Shown here: positions 23,524 to 32,904 of the stretch, one piece after another
Position numbering within the stretch: position 1 is the stretch's first letter
Layout: each line of letters starts with the position of its first letter
From: Candidatus Eiseniibacteriota bacterium
GTDB lineage: Bacteria; Orphanbacterota; Orphanbacteria; Orphanbacterales; Orphanbacteraceae
Reading direction: 5' to 3'
Assembly (NCBI GenBank): GCA_043809585.1
Contig: JBDROZ010000072.1
Span: 62,001 to 96,535, forward strand
DNA length: 34,535 nt
The notes under the pieces: model-generated
What the model was told of the DNA's origin: nothing
Databases searched by the model: none
Seen by the model: only the letters and a program-made list of their open reading frames with translations
Program-made: the position numbers and the translations under genes

Positions 23524-23770
23524 AAGGCCGCGGTTCTCGCCAGTTTCCGTAGCGAGGATGTGGATCGGACGGCGAGAGGCCGACTGGGACGAGCCGCTCC
23601 CGGAGGCGGGGCCATAAGATCCTCCCCCCGGGCGCTAACACTTATCGCTCCTAACCGTCGCGATAAGTCAAAGCGCCCGACGGGCCCCGCTGAGGAAGCG
23701 GCGACGGAAAGGAGGCCTCGCAGCCTCCGAGCCGCGGCCGCAGTAGGAAACTGAAGAGAAACGCGGCCTA
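23524..23770 (-). repeat. Imperfect palindromic intergenic element, copy B (about 247 nt)
   Basis: Terminal arms AGGCCGCGGTTCTCGCCAGTTTCC / GGAAACTGAAGAGAAACGCGGCCT. Nested stems GCGGGGCC/GGCCCCGC, CGGGCGCT/AGCGCCCG, CTTATCGC/GCGATAAG. Clear similarity to 34376-34535. Confidence 0.88.
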
Positions 23771-24544
23771 GCCGGTCTCCTTCAGCTTCTCCTTCGCAAG
23801 AGGCGCTTCGACGGACCCCGGAAACTCGTCGACGAGGCGGGTCAGGATCTTCCGCGCCTCACCCGGGTCCCCCAACTCGAGAAAGCAGGTCGCCCGCTTC
23901 AGCAGGGCCGCGGGAATCCGCTCCGAGTCCGGGAAGTCCCGCTCGATCCGGGCGAACCGTTCCGCCGCCTCCCCGGGCTCCCCTTCGGCGAGGTAGCACT
24001 CTCCGATCCAGTAAAGGGCGTCGTCGGAGAGGGAACTCCTCGGATAGGCCTGGAGATAGGCGTCGAATCCGGCAAGGGCCGCCCGGTAGTTTCCCCGGAC
24101 GAGGTCGAGATAAGCGGCGTCGAAGAGCGGTTTCGGATCGACGACCACCGCGGCCTCGTCCGTCTGCCCGGTTTCGGAGCCGGCGGGAGGAGACGGCGCG
24201 GAGCCGAGCCGGTAACGTACCCGGTCCAGCTTCCCGTCCATCCTCTCCACCCGCTCGTTGGTCTCTCCGAGGCTTTGGTCGAGAGCGTCGATCCGGCCGA
24301 GCACCTCCTCCCTCCCCGCGGTGATCTCGGCCCGCAGGGCGCGGAGGATCTCCATCTGCTCTTCCGAGAGCCCCTCGATGCGGACCAGCCGCTCTTCGCC
24401 CTCCGCCTGCCCCTCCCGGAGGGCGGCGATCTCCCGGGCGTTCTCGTCGGTGGTGATGGGGCCCCGCACCAGCTGCTTGCCGTAGCAGCCGGCGCCGAGG
24501 AGGGCCCCGATCCCGAGAAGCGCGCCGATCCGGAACGGTCTCAT
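23768..24544 (-). CDS. cpoB: Tol-Pal associated protein CpoB/YbgF
   Basis: Lipobox LGAGC, coiled-coil segment, TPR C-terminus (YLQAYPRSSLSDDALYWIGE, PAALLK). Lies directly after pal. Confidence 0.88.
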   Translation of the reverse strand: MRPFRIGALLGIGALLGAGCYGKQLVRGPITTDENAREIAALREGQAEGEERLVRIEGLSEEQMEILRALRAEITAGREEVLGRIDALDQSLGETNERVERMDGKLDRVRYRLGSAPSPPAGSETGQTDEAAVVVDPKPLFDAAYLDLVRGNYRAALAGFDAYLQAYPRSSLSDDALYWIGECYLAEGEPGEAAERFARIERDFPDSERIPAALLKRATCFLELGDPGEARKILTRLVDEFPGSVEAPLAKEKLKETG

Positions 24545-24552
24545 CGATCCCC

Positions 24553-25068
24553 CTAACGACTCACATGAAACTCGGCGCGCCGGTTCTTCGCCCACGCCTC
24601 TTCGTTGTGGCCCGCGTCGACGGGGCGCTCCTTGCCGTAGGAGATAATCCCGATCTTGTCCGCCTTGACGCCGTAGCGAACGAGAAAGTCCTGCGCCGAT
24701 TTCGCCCGCTTCTCGCCGAGGGCGAGGTTGTACTCGACCGTGCCCCGCTCGTCGCAATGGCCCTCGATCCGCACCGACCAGCCCGGGTTCCGCATGAGGA
24801 CCTTGGCGTGCTCGGTCAACATGCTCTGGGCCTGCGGCTGCAGACGGAACTTGTCGAACTCGAAGTGGATGTTCTGGAAGTCGTACTTCTGATCGGGATC
24901 GACTTCCACCACCGGCTTCGGTTCCGGCACCGGCTCGGTTTTCACCGGCGCGGGAGCCTTCTCGATCGGCTCGGGCAGCGGAATCTCCTTCTTCGATCCG
25001 CACGAGGCGATGAGGGGTAGGATCATGAGCATGACCACCAAGATCGCGAACGGGGTTCTCTTCGACAT
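24553..25068 (-). CDS. pal: Peptidoglycan-associated lipoprotein
   Basis: Lipobox IASC, IHFEFDK, IEGHCDERGTVEYNLALGEKRA, SYGKERP, NRRAEF. Confidence 0.95.
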   Translation of the reverse strand: MSKRTPFAILVVMLMILPLIASCGSKKEIPLPEPIEKAPAPVKTEPVPEPKPVVEVDPDQKYDFQNIHFEFDKFRLQPQAQSMLTEHAKVLMRNPGWSVRIEGHCDERGTVEYNLALGEKRAKSAQDFLVRYGVKADKIGIISYGKERPVDAGHNEEAWAKNRRAEFHVSR

Positions 25069-25097
25069 TTCTGCCTCTCCCTTTCGTGGCCGCCGCT

Positions 25098-26342
25098 CTA
25101 GAAGCGGGGCCGTGGAGACCAGGACGGCGAGTAGTCCTCTCCCTCGCCCGGCACAAGAAGGCGGACACCGCTGCCGTCCGCCTGCATCACGTAGAGCCTT
25201 CTCTTCCCGGTTCGTGAGGAAGTGAAAACCAGGTGCCTTCCATCCGGGGACCACTCCGGATCCTCGTTGTTGCCACTCTGGGCGGTCAAAAGATACGATT
25301 CCTGATCGACCAGGTCAAGAACGCGGATTTGGAACCCCCCCTCCTCCCGGGAGGCGTAGGCGATCCGGTCCCCCCGGGGGGACCACTTCGGGGAGGCGTT
25401 GTAGTCCCCGCCGAAGGTGAGCCGCCGGACATCCGATCCGTCGTCGTTCATCCGGTAGACCTGGGGTCCGCCGCTCCGGTCGGAGACGAAGAGGATCTGC
25501 CGCCCGTTCGGCGCCCACGCCGGCGAGGTGTCGATCCCCCGGTGATGGGTCAGCCGCCCGAGACCGGTGCCGTCCCTCTTCATCACGTAGATCTCCGAGT
25601 CCCCGTCCCGGGTCATCATGAGGGCGATCCGCTTCCCGTCGGGGGACCAGGCGGGGGCGCTGGTCATGCCGGGGGAACGGATCACGGGGCCGCCGGTCCC
25701 CCGCTCCACTTCGCGCCAGAAGATGTCCGGGTCCCCTTCGGCGTAGGACGTGTAGAGGAGGATCCCCCCCTCGGGGGACCACTCCGGCGTCAGGTTCACC
25801 GTGCCGTCGGAGATCACCTTGCGGAGATTCGAACCGTCCCAGTCGACCACGCAGATCTCCGAGTTTCTCCCGTCGGAGCGGACGAAGGCAATCCGGGTTC
25901 GGGAGATTCCCCGCTCTCCGGTCAGATGATAGATCACGTCATCCGAAAAGCGGTGCGCCCCGTCCCGGGGACCGGAGGCGCCGAGGTCCTGGAGGGACGA
26001 CGCGATCCGCTCCCCCCCCGGCGCCTGGTGGATCGACCCCTGCAGAACCCCTTCCCCGGCGTCGATGAAGGCGTCGACGGTCGCCCGGGCCCTCACCGAG
26101 TCCGCACCGTGGGGTGGGATCATGTCGAAGAACCCCGAGATCGAGAGGTCCCGGGAGACCACGGCGTTCAGGGTCTCGGCGAGGCGCTCGTCCCCCGTGA
26201 AAGGCCGGAGGATGATCGGGATCCGCTCGGTCCGGTACTTGGTGACGCCGAGCCAGACTTCCGTTTGCGCCTGGGCCGCCCCGGCGGCGGCGAATAGAAC
26301 CGCCAAGACGACCGGCAGGCTAACCTCCAAACGTAAAGACAA
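25098..26342 (-). CDS. tolB: TolB beta-propeller protein (start may be TTG 26330)
   Basis: Signal peptide, AHRFSDDV...TRIAFV, and multiple P-x-WSPDG (PD40) repeats. Confidence 0.92.
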   Translation of the reverse strand: MSLRLEVSLPVVLAVLFAAAGAAQAQTEVWLGVTKYRTERIPIILRPFTGDERLAETLNAVVSRDLSISGFFDMIPPHGADSVRARATVDAFIDAGEGVLQGSIHQAPGGERIASSLQDLGASGPRDGAHRFSDDVIYHLTGERGISRTRIAFVRSDGRNSEICVVDWDGSNLRKVISDGTVNLTPEWSPEGGILLYTSYAEGDPDIFWREVERGTGGPVIRSPGMTSAPAWSPDGKRIALMMTRDGDSEIYVMKRDGTGLGRLTHHRGIDTSPAWAPNGRQILFVSDRSGGPQVYRMNDDGSDVRRLTFGGDYNASPKWSPRGDRIAYASREEGGFQIRVLDLVDQESYLLTAQSGNNEDPEWSPDGRHLVFTSSRTGKRRLYVMQADGSGVRLLVPGEGEDYSPSWSPRPRF

Positions 26343-27045
26343 AGTTCACCCCCAGCCGCTCCCCCGGGAATCCCTCCGGAAGAGGCGGAAAAGGATTGCA
26401 CTCGTTCACCGCCCGGAGCGCCGACTGATCGAAAAAGGGAACACCCGACGAGACCGAAAGGTGGGCGCTCCGGACCGAGCCGCTGCGCTCGATCTCGAAG
26501 CGGACCGTCGCCTTCGGCATCCTCCCCCCCCCGACCAACCCCCGGGGGGGCATCCACCGACCGCCGATCCGGGCCTCGATCAGCGCCAGGTAGTAGGCGA
26601 AAGGAAAATCCTCCGCCTCCACGGTCACGGCGCCCGTGCTGGAGGTGACCCCCTTCGGCGTCTCCGCCTTCACGGTCTCTTTCATCGGCTCAGCCTTCTT
26701 CTCTTCCTTCTCGGGTTCCGGCTTCTTCTCCGGCTCCTTCTTCTTCGGCCGAGGCTTTTCGGGGATCCGCTCCGGGATCTTCTCCGGCTCCGGTTCCGGG
26801 ACCATCTGCACTTCCGGCTCCGGGAGCTTCTCCGGTTCCGGCTCCGGGAGCTTCACCTCTTTCTTAGGCGCTTCGGGAACGGGAACCGCCTTCTTCTCCG
26901 GCTGCAGCTCGACGATGCTCACCCGGTAGACCGGAGGGCGGGGAACGGGGACCCTCGCCCGCACTGCGTTCACGTAAAGGAAACAGAGAAGCACATGGAC
27001 GGCGATGGACAGGAGAACGAAGGGACGGAGGTTCCTACCGTCCAC
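26320..27045 (-). CDS. TolA/TonB-family energy transducer
   Basis: TM helix with SIAVH (SHLS-type motif), Pro/Glu/Lys-rich spacer, C-terminal domain ending SSGVPFFDQSALRAV...FPPLP. Confidence 0.85.
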   Translation of the reverse strand: MDGRNLRPFVLLSIAVHVLLCFLYVNAVRARVPVPRPPVYRVSIVELQPEKKAVPVPEAPKKEVKLPEPEPEKLPEPEVQMVPEPEPEKIPERIPEKPRPKKKEPEKKPEPEKEEKKAEPMKETVKAETPKGVTSSTGAVTVEAEDFPFAYYLALIEARIGGRWMPPRGLVGGGRMPKATVRFEIERSGSVRSAHLSVSSGVPFFDQSALRAVNECNPFPPLPEGFPGERLGVNFVFTFGG

Positions 27046-27445
27046 CGGCCGCCTCCTCCGGACGGGAGACGAGACCGACGTTCTGGATGCCCGCCCCCTT
27101 CAAGATGCCGATCAGGCGGACCACAGTCCCGTACGGGACCGCGCCGTCCCCCCGGACGTACACCTCCCGCGCTCCGGAGGCGACGACCCGGGTCTCGATC
27201 TCGGCGGCCATCTCCTCGAAAGAGAGTCGCCGCTCGTTTAGAAAGACCGAGCCGTCCTTCGCCACCGTGACCACCCACGAATCGCTCATGTCGATCCCCT
27301 GGACCTTCGCCTGGGGAAGATCGACGTCCACCCCCTCCGAGAGGAGAGGCGCCGTAAGCATGAACACGATGAGAAGAACCAAAGTCACATCGACGAGGGA
27401 AGTCACGTTCACCTGGGAGAGGGGCTCGTACTCATGCATCGGCAT
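27035..27445 (-). CDS. tolR: TolR/ExbD
   Basis: NVTSLVDVTLVLLIVFMLTAPL, VDLP, VRGD...YGTV. Confidence 0.9.
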   Translation of the reverse strand: MPMHEYEPLSQVNVTSLVDVTLVLLIVFMLTAPLLSEGVDVDLPQAKVQGIDMSDSWVVTVAKDGSVFLNERRLSFEEMAAEIETRVVASGAREVYVRGDGAVPYGTVVRLIGILKGAGIQNVGLVSRPEEAAGGR

Positions 27446-28172
27446 CGCTTCCCTCCCGGGTGAGACGGTCGGCGAGGGAAGACCGGAACCGCTCCAAGTC
27501 GATCGACAGGCGCCGGAGCCGGCCGAGGAAGTGGTTATAGGCGACCACCGCGGGGATCGCCGCAGCGAGGCCGGCGACGGTCGTGATCAGCGCCTCGGCG
27601 ATTCCGGGACCGACGACGGAGAGGCTGGCCGATCCTTTCACGCCCATGGCGAGGAAGGCGCTCATCACGCCCCACACCGTGCCGAAAAGGCCGAGAAAGG
27701 GGGATACGTTCGCCGTGGTGGCGAGAAAGGGAAGGTGTCTTTCGAGAACGGCGAGCTCCGCGAGGGCGCTCCTTTCCATGGCCCGCTCGATCCGGTCCTT
27801 CCGGGCCCCGGGGAGGCCGCCGGGACGGTCCCAGACGGTGCCGGGGAGTTCGCCCGTCGCTCCCGCTCCGTGCCCTTCCCGGAGGCCGGCGATCAGCAGG
27901 TTCCGGAGGGGGGTCGCGGCGTAGGCGGCGGAGGTGCACCGTCTCAGGGCGGCGCCGAGATCGCCCGGTCCGTCGTACACGGCCCAGAAGCGGCGCGACC
28001 CGAGCACCAGGGACCGGAACCGGAAAAGCTTCTGGAGCATGATCGCCCAGGAGACGACGGAGAAGAAGAGGAGCACCAGAAGCACGGCCTTGGCCACCGG
28101 CCCCGACTGCATGATCAAGGTCGGTATGCTCCGCTCCATGTCGCCGGACAGCAGGATGTTGGAAACCGGCAT
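27432..28172 (-). CDS. tolQ: TolQ/ExbB proton channel
   Basis: FLATTANVSPFLGLFGTVWGVM, PGIAEALITTVAGLAAAIPAVVAYN. ATG 28172 follows a purine-rich RBS and lies downstream of the promoter. Confidence 0.92.
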   Translation of the reverse strand: MPVSNILLSGDMERSIPTLIMQSGPVAKAVLLVLLFFSVVSWAIMLQKLFRFRSLVLGSRRFWAVYDGPGDLGAALRRCTSAAYAATPLRNLLIAGLREGHGAGATGELPGTVWDRPGGLPGARKDRIERAMERSALAELAVLERHLPFLATTANVSPFLGLFGTVWGVMSAFLAMGVKGSASLSVVGPGIAEALITTVAGLAAAIPAVVAYNHFLGRLRRLSIDLERFRSSLADRLTREGSDADA

Positions 28173-28238
28173 GCCTTCCTCCCCCTCCTCAGACGCTTCG
28201 ATGGCCTTCGAGGTTCTCGTTCTGTCGAATTCGGCGCG

Positions 28239-28267
28239 AGTATAGGCAAGGGGATGGGGAGTGTCAA
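28239..28267 (-). promoter_or_regulatory. Sigma70-type promoter of the tol-pal operon
   Basis: Minus strand TTGACA (28267-28262), 17-nt spacer, TATACT (28244-28239). Confidence 0.7.
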
Positions 28268-28288
28268 CGCGACGTGGGCAATGCGGGG

Positions 28289-28324
28289 AGAAAAGAGAAG
28301 CGCCCACCGCGAACGGTGGGCGCT
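28289..28324 (-). terminator. Intrinsic terminator after the atypical HU gene
   Basis: Minus strand AGCGCCCACCG-TTCG-CGGTGGGCGCT followed by TCTCTTTTCT. Confidence 0.75.
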
Positions 28325-28349
28325 CTCGTCGGACCTCGTTCGTCCGGCC

Positions 28350-28625
28350 CTACTTCATCACGTATTCGCGGTACATCTTGTTCGGAGTGAACTGAACGGT
28401 CTTCGGGCCCTGCACGTAGGTGTACTTCTTCGTGCGGGAGTTCCATTTGCGCTTCGGCTTGTCGCCGACGCACTTGAAGTTGCCGAAACCGGTCAGCTTG
28501 ATGCCCGTGCGGGACTTCGAGTAGTACTTGATCCCGTCCAGGGTCCAGTCGACGGCCCACTTCGCCTCTTTCGGCGCCATCTTCGTCTTCCGGCTCACAT
28601 AAGCGACGAGCTTCGTCTTGTTCAT
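28350..28625 (-). CDS. Divergent HU/IHF-family protein (copy 3)
   Basis: 91 aa, MNKTKLVAYVSRKT...IKLTGFGNF...WNSRT...VQFTPNKMYRE. Has the HU-type N-terminus, GFG-x-F and F-x-P motifs, RBS AAAGGAAG and its own terminator. Confidence 0.8.
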   Translation of the reverse strand: MNKTKLVAYVSRKTKMAPKEAKWAVDWTLDGIKYYSKSRTGIKLTGFGNFKCVGDKPKRKWNSRTKKYTYVQGPKTVQFTPNKMYREYVMK

Positions 28626-28724
28626 TTTCTTCCTTTCCCGGTTCGCCTCCCCCGGTTCCAAACGCCTCGAGCGCCGAGCGCCACGTCCGGGCGGCGGAGA
28701 CATCACGATCCATTGCGCGGTCTT

Positions 28725-28741
28725 AGCATCTCCCATGCCAA
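28725..28741 (-). promoter_or_regulatory. Putative sigma54 (-24/-12) promoter
   Basis: Minus strand TTGGCATGGGAGATGCT compared with consensus YTGGCACGNNNNTTGCW. Exact GG-N10-GC spacing, with an AT-rich tract just upstream. Confidence 0.5.
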
Positions 28742-28887
28742 CACAGTGAAATGGGTTGGGCTGCCTAATGGTATTTTATTATATTACAACGAGATACCGA
28801 GTTTCTTCGAGAGGTCGGAGGAGCAAGAGGGCAGAGGCCCGATCGAGCGGATGCGGGTCCTCATATGGCATGTTTTTGGGCGTTCGA

Positions 28888-30213
28888 TCAAAAACCGTGC
28901 GGGGCTCCGGGGGAGAGAACCGACCGGAGGAAGCGGTCGAGCGCCTCGGTCTGCCGGGGGAAGGAGAGTTCTTCGATGCCGGGCCGGTCCGGATCGTGCC
29001 GGAGGGTGCCGGAACGCCAAGCCTCGTAAGCGGCCGCCAGGGCGCCGGCCACCTCGTCGGGCCGCGTCACCTCGGCGCGGGCGCCGAGACGGAGTCGCTC
29101 CACCATGACGCGGGCCTCGCCGGGAGGGCCGATGGTGAGCACCGGCCGGCCGGCGGCCATGTATTCGTACAGTTTTCCGGAGACGATCTGCTCGCTCCCC
29201 GGACCGGCGGCGATGACCTGAAGGAGGAGGTCCGCCGACGCCATCCACGCGAGGCTCTCCCGGTGGGCGAGAAAGCCGGTGAACTCCACGTCCTTCTCGA
29301 GGCGAAGTTCCCGGGCCGCCTCCCGCACGCGCTCGCTCTGAGCGCCGACCACGACGAGCCGTGCCTTCCCGCGGTCGATCCGCCCCGACTCGAAGCATCG
29401 CCGGAACGGTTCCAGCAGGAGGCGCGGATCGGTCCTCCGATGAAAGGTGCCGACGAAAACCATGGTGAACCGGTCCGACTCGATCTTCCGGAGGCCGTCG
29501 AAATCCTCGGGGTCATAGCCGTTGTGGATGGTCGTGAAACGCCCACCCCGCCCCCCCGCCGCTCCCGCGAGGATCCCGCGGATCGTGTCGTTCACGGCGA
29601 CCACGCCGTCCGCCTCCCGGAGGACCGATCGCTCGAGCCTTCCCGAGAGGAACCGGTGGAGGGGCGTCGGGGCCGGAAGGTCGGGATTGGCGGTCCAGGC
29701 GTCCCGGAAATCGGCCACCCACGCCACACCCGTGGCCCGCTTGATCGCCCGGCCGATCAGATGGCAGGTCTGGGGGACGTTGATCGTGTAGACCAGATCG
29801 ATCTTCTCCTCCCGGACGAGGCGCGTCCCCGCTCGGGAAGCGAAGGGGAGCCAGCCGATCTTGTTGTCGGGGACGAAGAGCCAGGTGTTCACGCCCTTCG
29901 CGGCCCGGGTGATCCGGCCGAAGAGCGGGTCCTTCCCGGCGCCGTCGGTGGCCGATTCTTTCGAAGGTCGTTTGACGCGGCCGAAGAGTCGGAACGGATC
30001 GAGGCTTTCCGTCCGGATCACCCGAACCGATTCGTCGATCTCGCGGGAGAGCGTCGGGTCGATGCAGTAGTAGTAGGCCGGCTCGGGAGTGAGCACCCAC
30101 GGCTTCCAGCCGAGGCGGGGAAGGTATCGTGCCAGCTTCAAGGCCCGGAAGGCCCCCACGCCGCCGAGGGGGGGGAAGTAGTAGGAGACGAGAAGGACTC
30201 TACGTTCCATCAT
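28888..30213 (-). CDS. Glycosyltransferase family 4 (GT-B)
   Basis: VLLVSYYFPPLGG, WVADFRDAW, IHNGYD, SGKLYEYMAAGRPVL. The start could be 30234. Confidence 0.88.
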   Translation of the reverse strand: MMERRVLLVSYYFPPLGGVGAFRALKLARYLPRLGWKPWVLTPEPAYYYCIDPTLSREIDESVRVIRTESLDPFRLFGRVKRPSKESATDGAGKDPLFGRITRAAKGVNTWLFVPDNKIGWLPFASRAGTRLVREEKIDLVYTINVPQTCHLIGRAIKRATGVAWVADFRDAWTANPDLPAPTPLHRFLSGRLERSVLREADGVVAVNDTIRGILAGAAGGRGGRFTTIHNGYDPEDFDGLRKIESDRFTMVFVGTFHRRTDPRLLLEPFRRCFESGRIDRGKARLVVVGAQSERVREAARELRLEKDVEFTGFLAHRESLAWMASADLLLQVIAAGPGSEQIVSGKLYEYMAAGRPVLTIGPPGEARVMVERLRLGARAEVTRPDEVAGALAAAYEAWRSGTLRHDPDRPGIEELSFPRQTEALDRFLRSVLSPGAPHGF

Positions 30214-30246
30214 ACCATCCCGCCCCGTGGCCATCGGCGTTCGGGA

Positions 30247-30665
30247 TCAGACCAGTTCGCGCTCGGCGAAAAAGAAACCGATTTCCCGGGTCGCGTTTTC
30301 CGGCGAGTCGGACGCGTGGACCGAGTTGCGTTGGATGTCGACCCCGAAGTCCCTCCGGATCGATCCTTCCCGCGCCTTGGCCGGGTTGGTCGCCCCGATG
30401 AAATCCCGGAGGGCCGGAACGGCGTTCTCCATTTCCAACACCACGGGGACGACCACGCCGGAGATCATGTATTCGACGAGCTCCCCGTAGAAGGGGCGCT
30501 CCCGGTGAACGGCGTAAAAACTCTCCGCTTCTTCCTTCCGGAGCCGGAGCGCCCGAATCCCCCGCACGTGGAATCCGGCCCCTTCGAGGCGCCCGAGAAT
30601 CCTGCCGGTGAGGTTTCTCTCCGTGGCGTCGGGCTTCACCATGAGCAGGGTACGACTCACCATGA

Positions 30666-30669
<4 letters not shown>
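30247..30669 (-). CDS. ndk: Nucleoside diphosphate kinase
   Basis: [38 protein letters not shown] overlap with the sucD stop. Confidence 0.95.
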
Positions 30670-31757
<1,088 letters not shown>

Positions 31758-31759
31758 GA

Positions 31760-32902
31760 CTACGCCTCCCCTCTCTTCGCGACCTTCACCACGGCTTTCA
31801 CCGCGTCGTCCATGCCGGTCACGCTCGTGTAGCCCGCGTCCCGGAGGATCTTCTTCGCCACCTCTTCGTTCGTCCCGGTCAGGCGGATGACGATCGGCAG
31901 GCCCGTGGGCCTCTTGGCGAAGGCCGATTTGATGCCGTTTGCCACGTCGTCGCACCGGGTGATGCCGCCGAAGATATTAAAGAGGATCGCCTCCACCTTC
32001 GGGTCCCCGGTCAGGATGCCGAGGGCCGCCTCCACCTTCTCGGGAGAGGAGCTCCCGCCGATGTCGAGAAAGTTGGCCGGCTCGGCGCCGTAGTGTTTGA
32101 TCACGTCCATGGTCGCCATGGCGAGGCCCGCCCCGTTCACGATGCAGCCGATGTTGCCGTCCAGGGGCACGTAGGAGAGTCCGTTCTCCCGGGCGAGGAT
32201 CTCCGCCGGGAGCTCGGCGTCCGGGTCGCGCATCGCCGCGATCTCCGGCTGACGGAAGAGGGCGCTGTCGTCCACGTTGATCTTGGAGTCGATCGCCCAC
32301 ACATCGCCGGATGGGGTGGTGATGAGCGGGTTGATTTCGGCCAGCGAAGCGTCGCTCGCGAGGAACGCCTCGTACAACTTCCGGATGACGGACGCCGCCT
32401 CCTTGATCTGTTTCGGATCCGTGTAGAGCTTCGCCGCGAGCCAGCGGGCCCCGTAGTTCCGGAGCCCCGCGGTCGGGTCCACGGTGTAGCGGAAGATCTT
32501 CTCCGGCGTCTCCCGGGCGACCTGCTCGATGTCCACTCCCCCCGCCGGGCTGACGAGGAATGTGAGCCGCTTCGTGTCCCGGTCGAGGATCATCCCCACG
32601 TACGCTTCCGTGGCGATGTCCACCGCCTTCGAGACGAGGACCTTCTTCACCGTGAGGCCCTTGATGTCCATCCCGAGGACGGCCCCCGCCGTCGGCTCCA
32701 CGTCCGCGAGGTTCGCGACGTACTTCACGCCCCCCGCCTTCCCCCGGCCGCCGACGTGGACTTGGGCCTTCACCATCACCGGCGCGCCGATCCGCTCCGC
32801 CGCGGAACGGGCGTCGGCCGCCGTGGTGACCGCCTCGCCGTCCGGCACCCGGACCCCGTGCCGGCGAAAGATGTCTCTCGCCTGGTACTCGTGAATCTTC
32901 AT
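31760..32902 (-). CDS. sucC: Succinyl-CoA synthetase beta subunit
   Basis: [58 protein letters not shown]. Confidence 0.96.
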   Translation of the reverse strand: MKIHEYQARDIFRRHGVRVPDGEAVTTAADARSAAERIGAPVMVKAQVHVGGRGKAGGVKYVANLADVEPTAGAVLGMDIKGLTVKKVLVSKAVDIATEAYVGMILDRDTKRLTFLVSPAGGVDIEQVARETPEKIFRYTVDPTAGLRNYGARWLAAKLYTDPKQIKEAASVIRKLYEAFLASDASLAEINPLITTPSGDVWAIDSKINVDDSALFRQPEIAAMRDPDAELPAEILARENGLSYVPLDGNIGCIVNGAGLAMATMDVIKHYGAEPANFLDIGGSSSPEKVEAALGILTGDPKVEAILFNIFGGITRCDDVANGIKSAFAKRPTGLPIVIRLTGTNEEVAKKILRDAGYTSVTGMDDAVKAVVKVAKRGEA

Positions 32903-32904
32903 GA

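Noticed and set aside
23524-23770. Integron attC site or CRISPR repeat interpretation of the palindromes
   Set aside because: The elements are too long, lack terminal RYYYAAC/GTTRRRY boxes, flank core genes rather than cassettes, are not arrayed with spacers, and no integrase or cas gene is present.
26690-26900. PEPEPEK/KKEPEKK low-complexity repeats
   Set aside because: This is the normal periplasm-spanning linker of TolA/TonB proteins.
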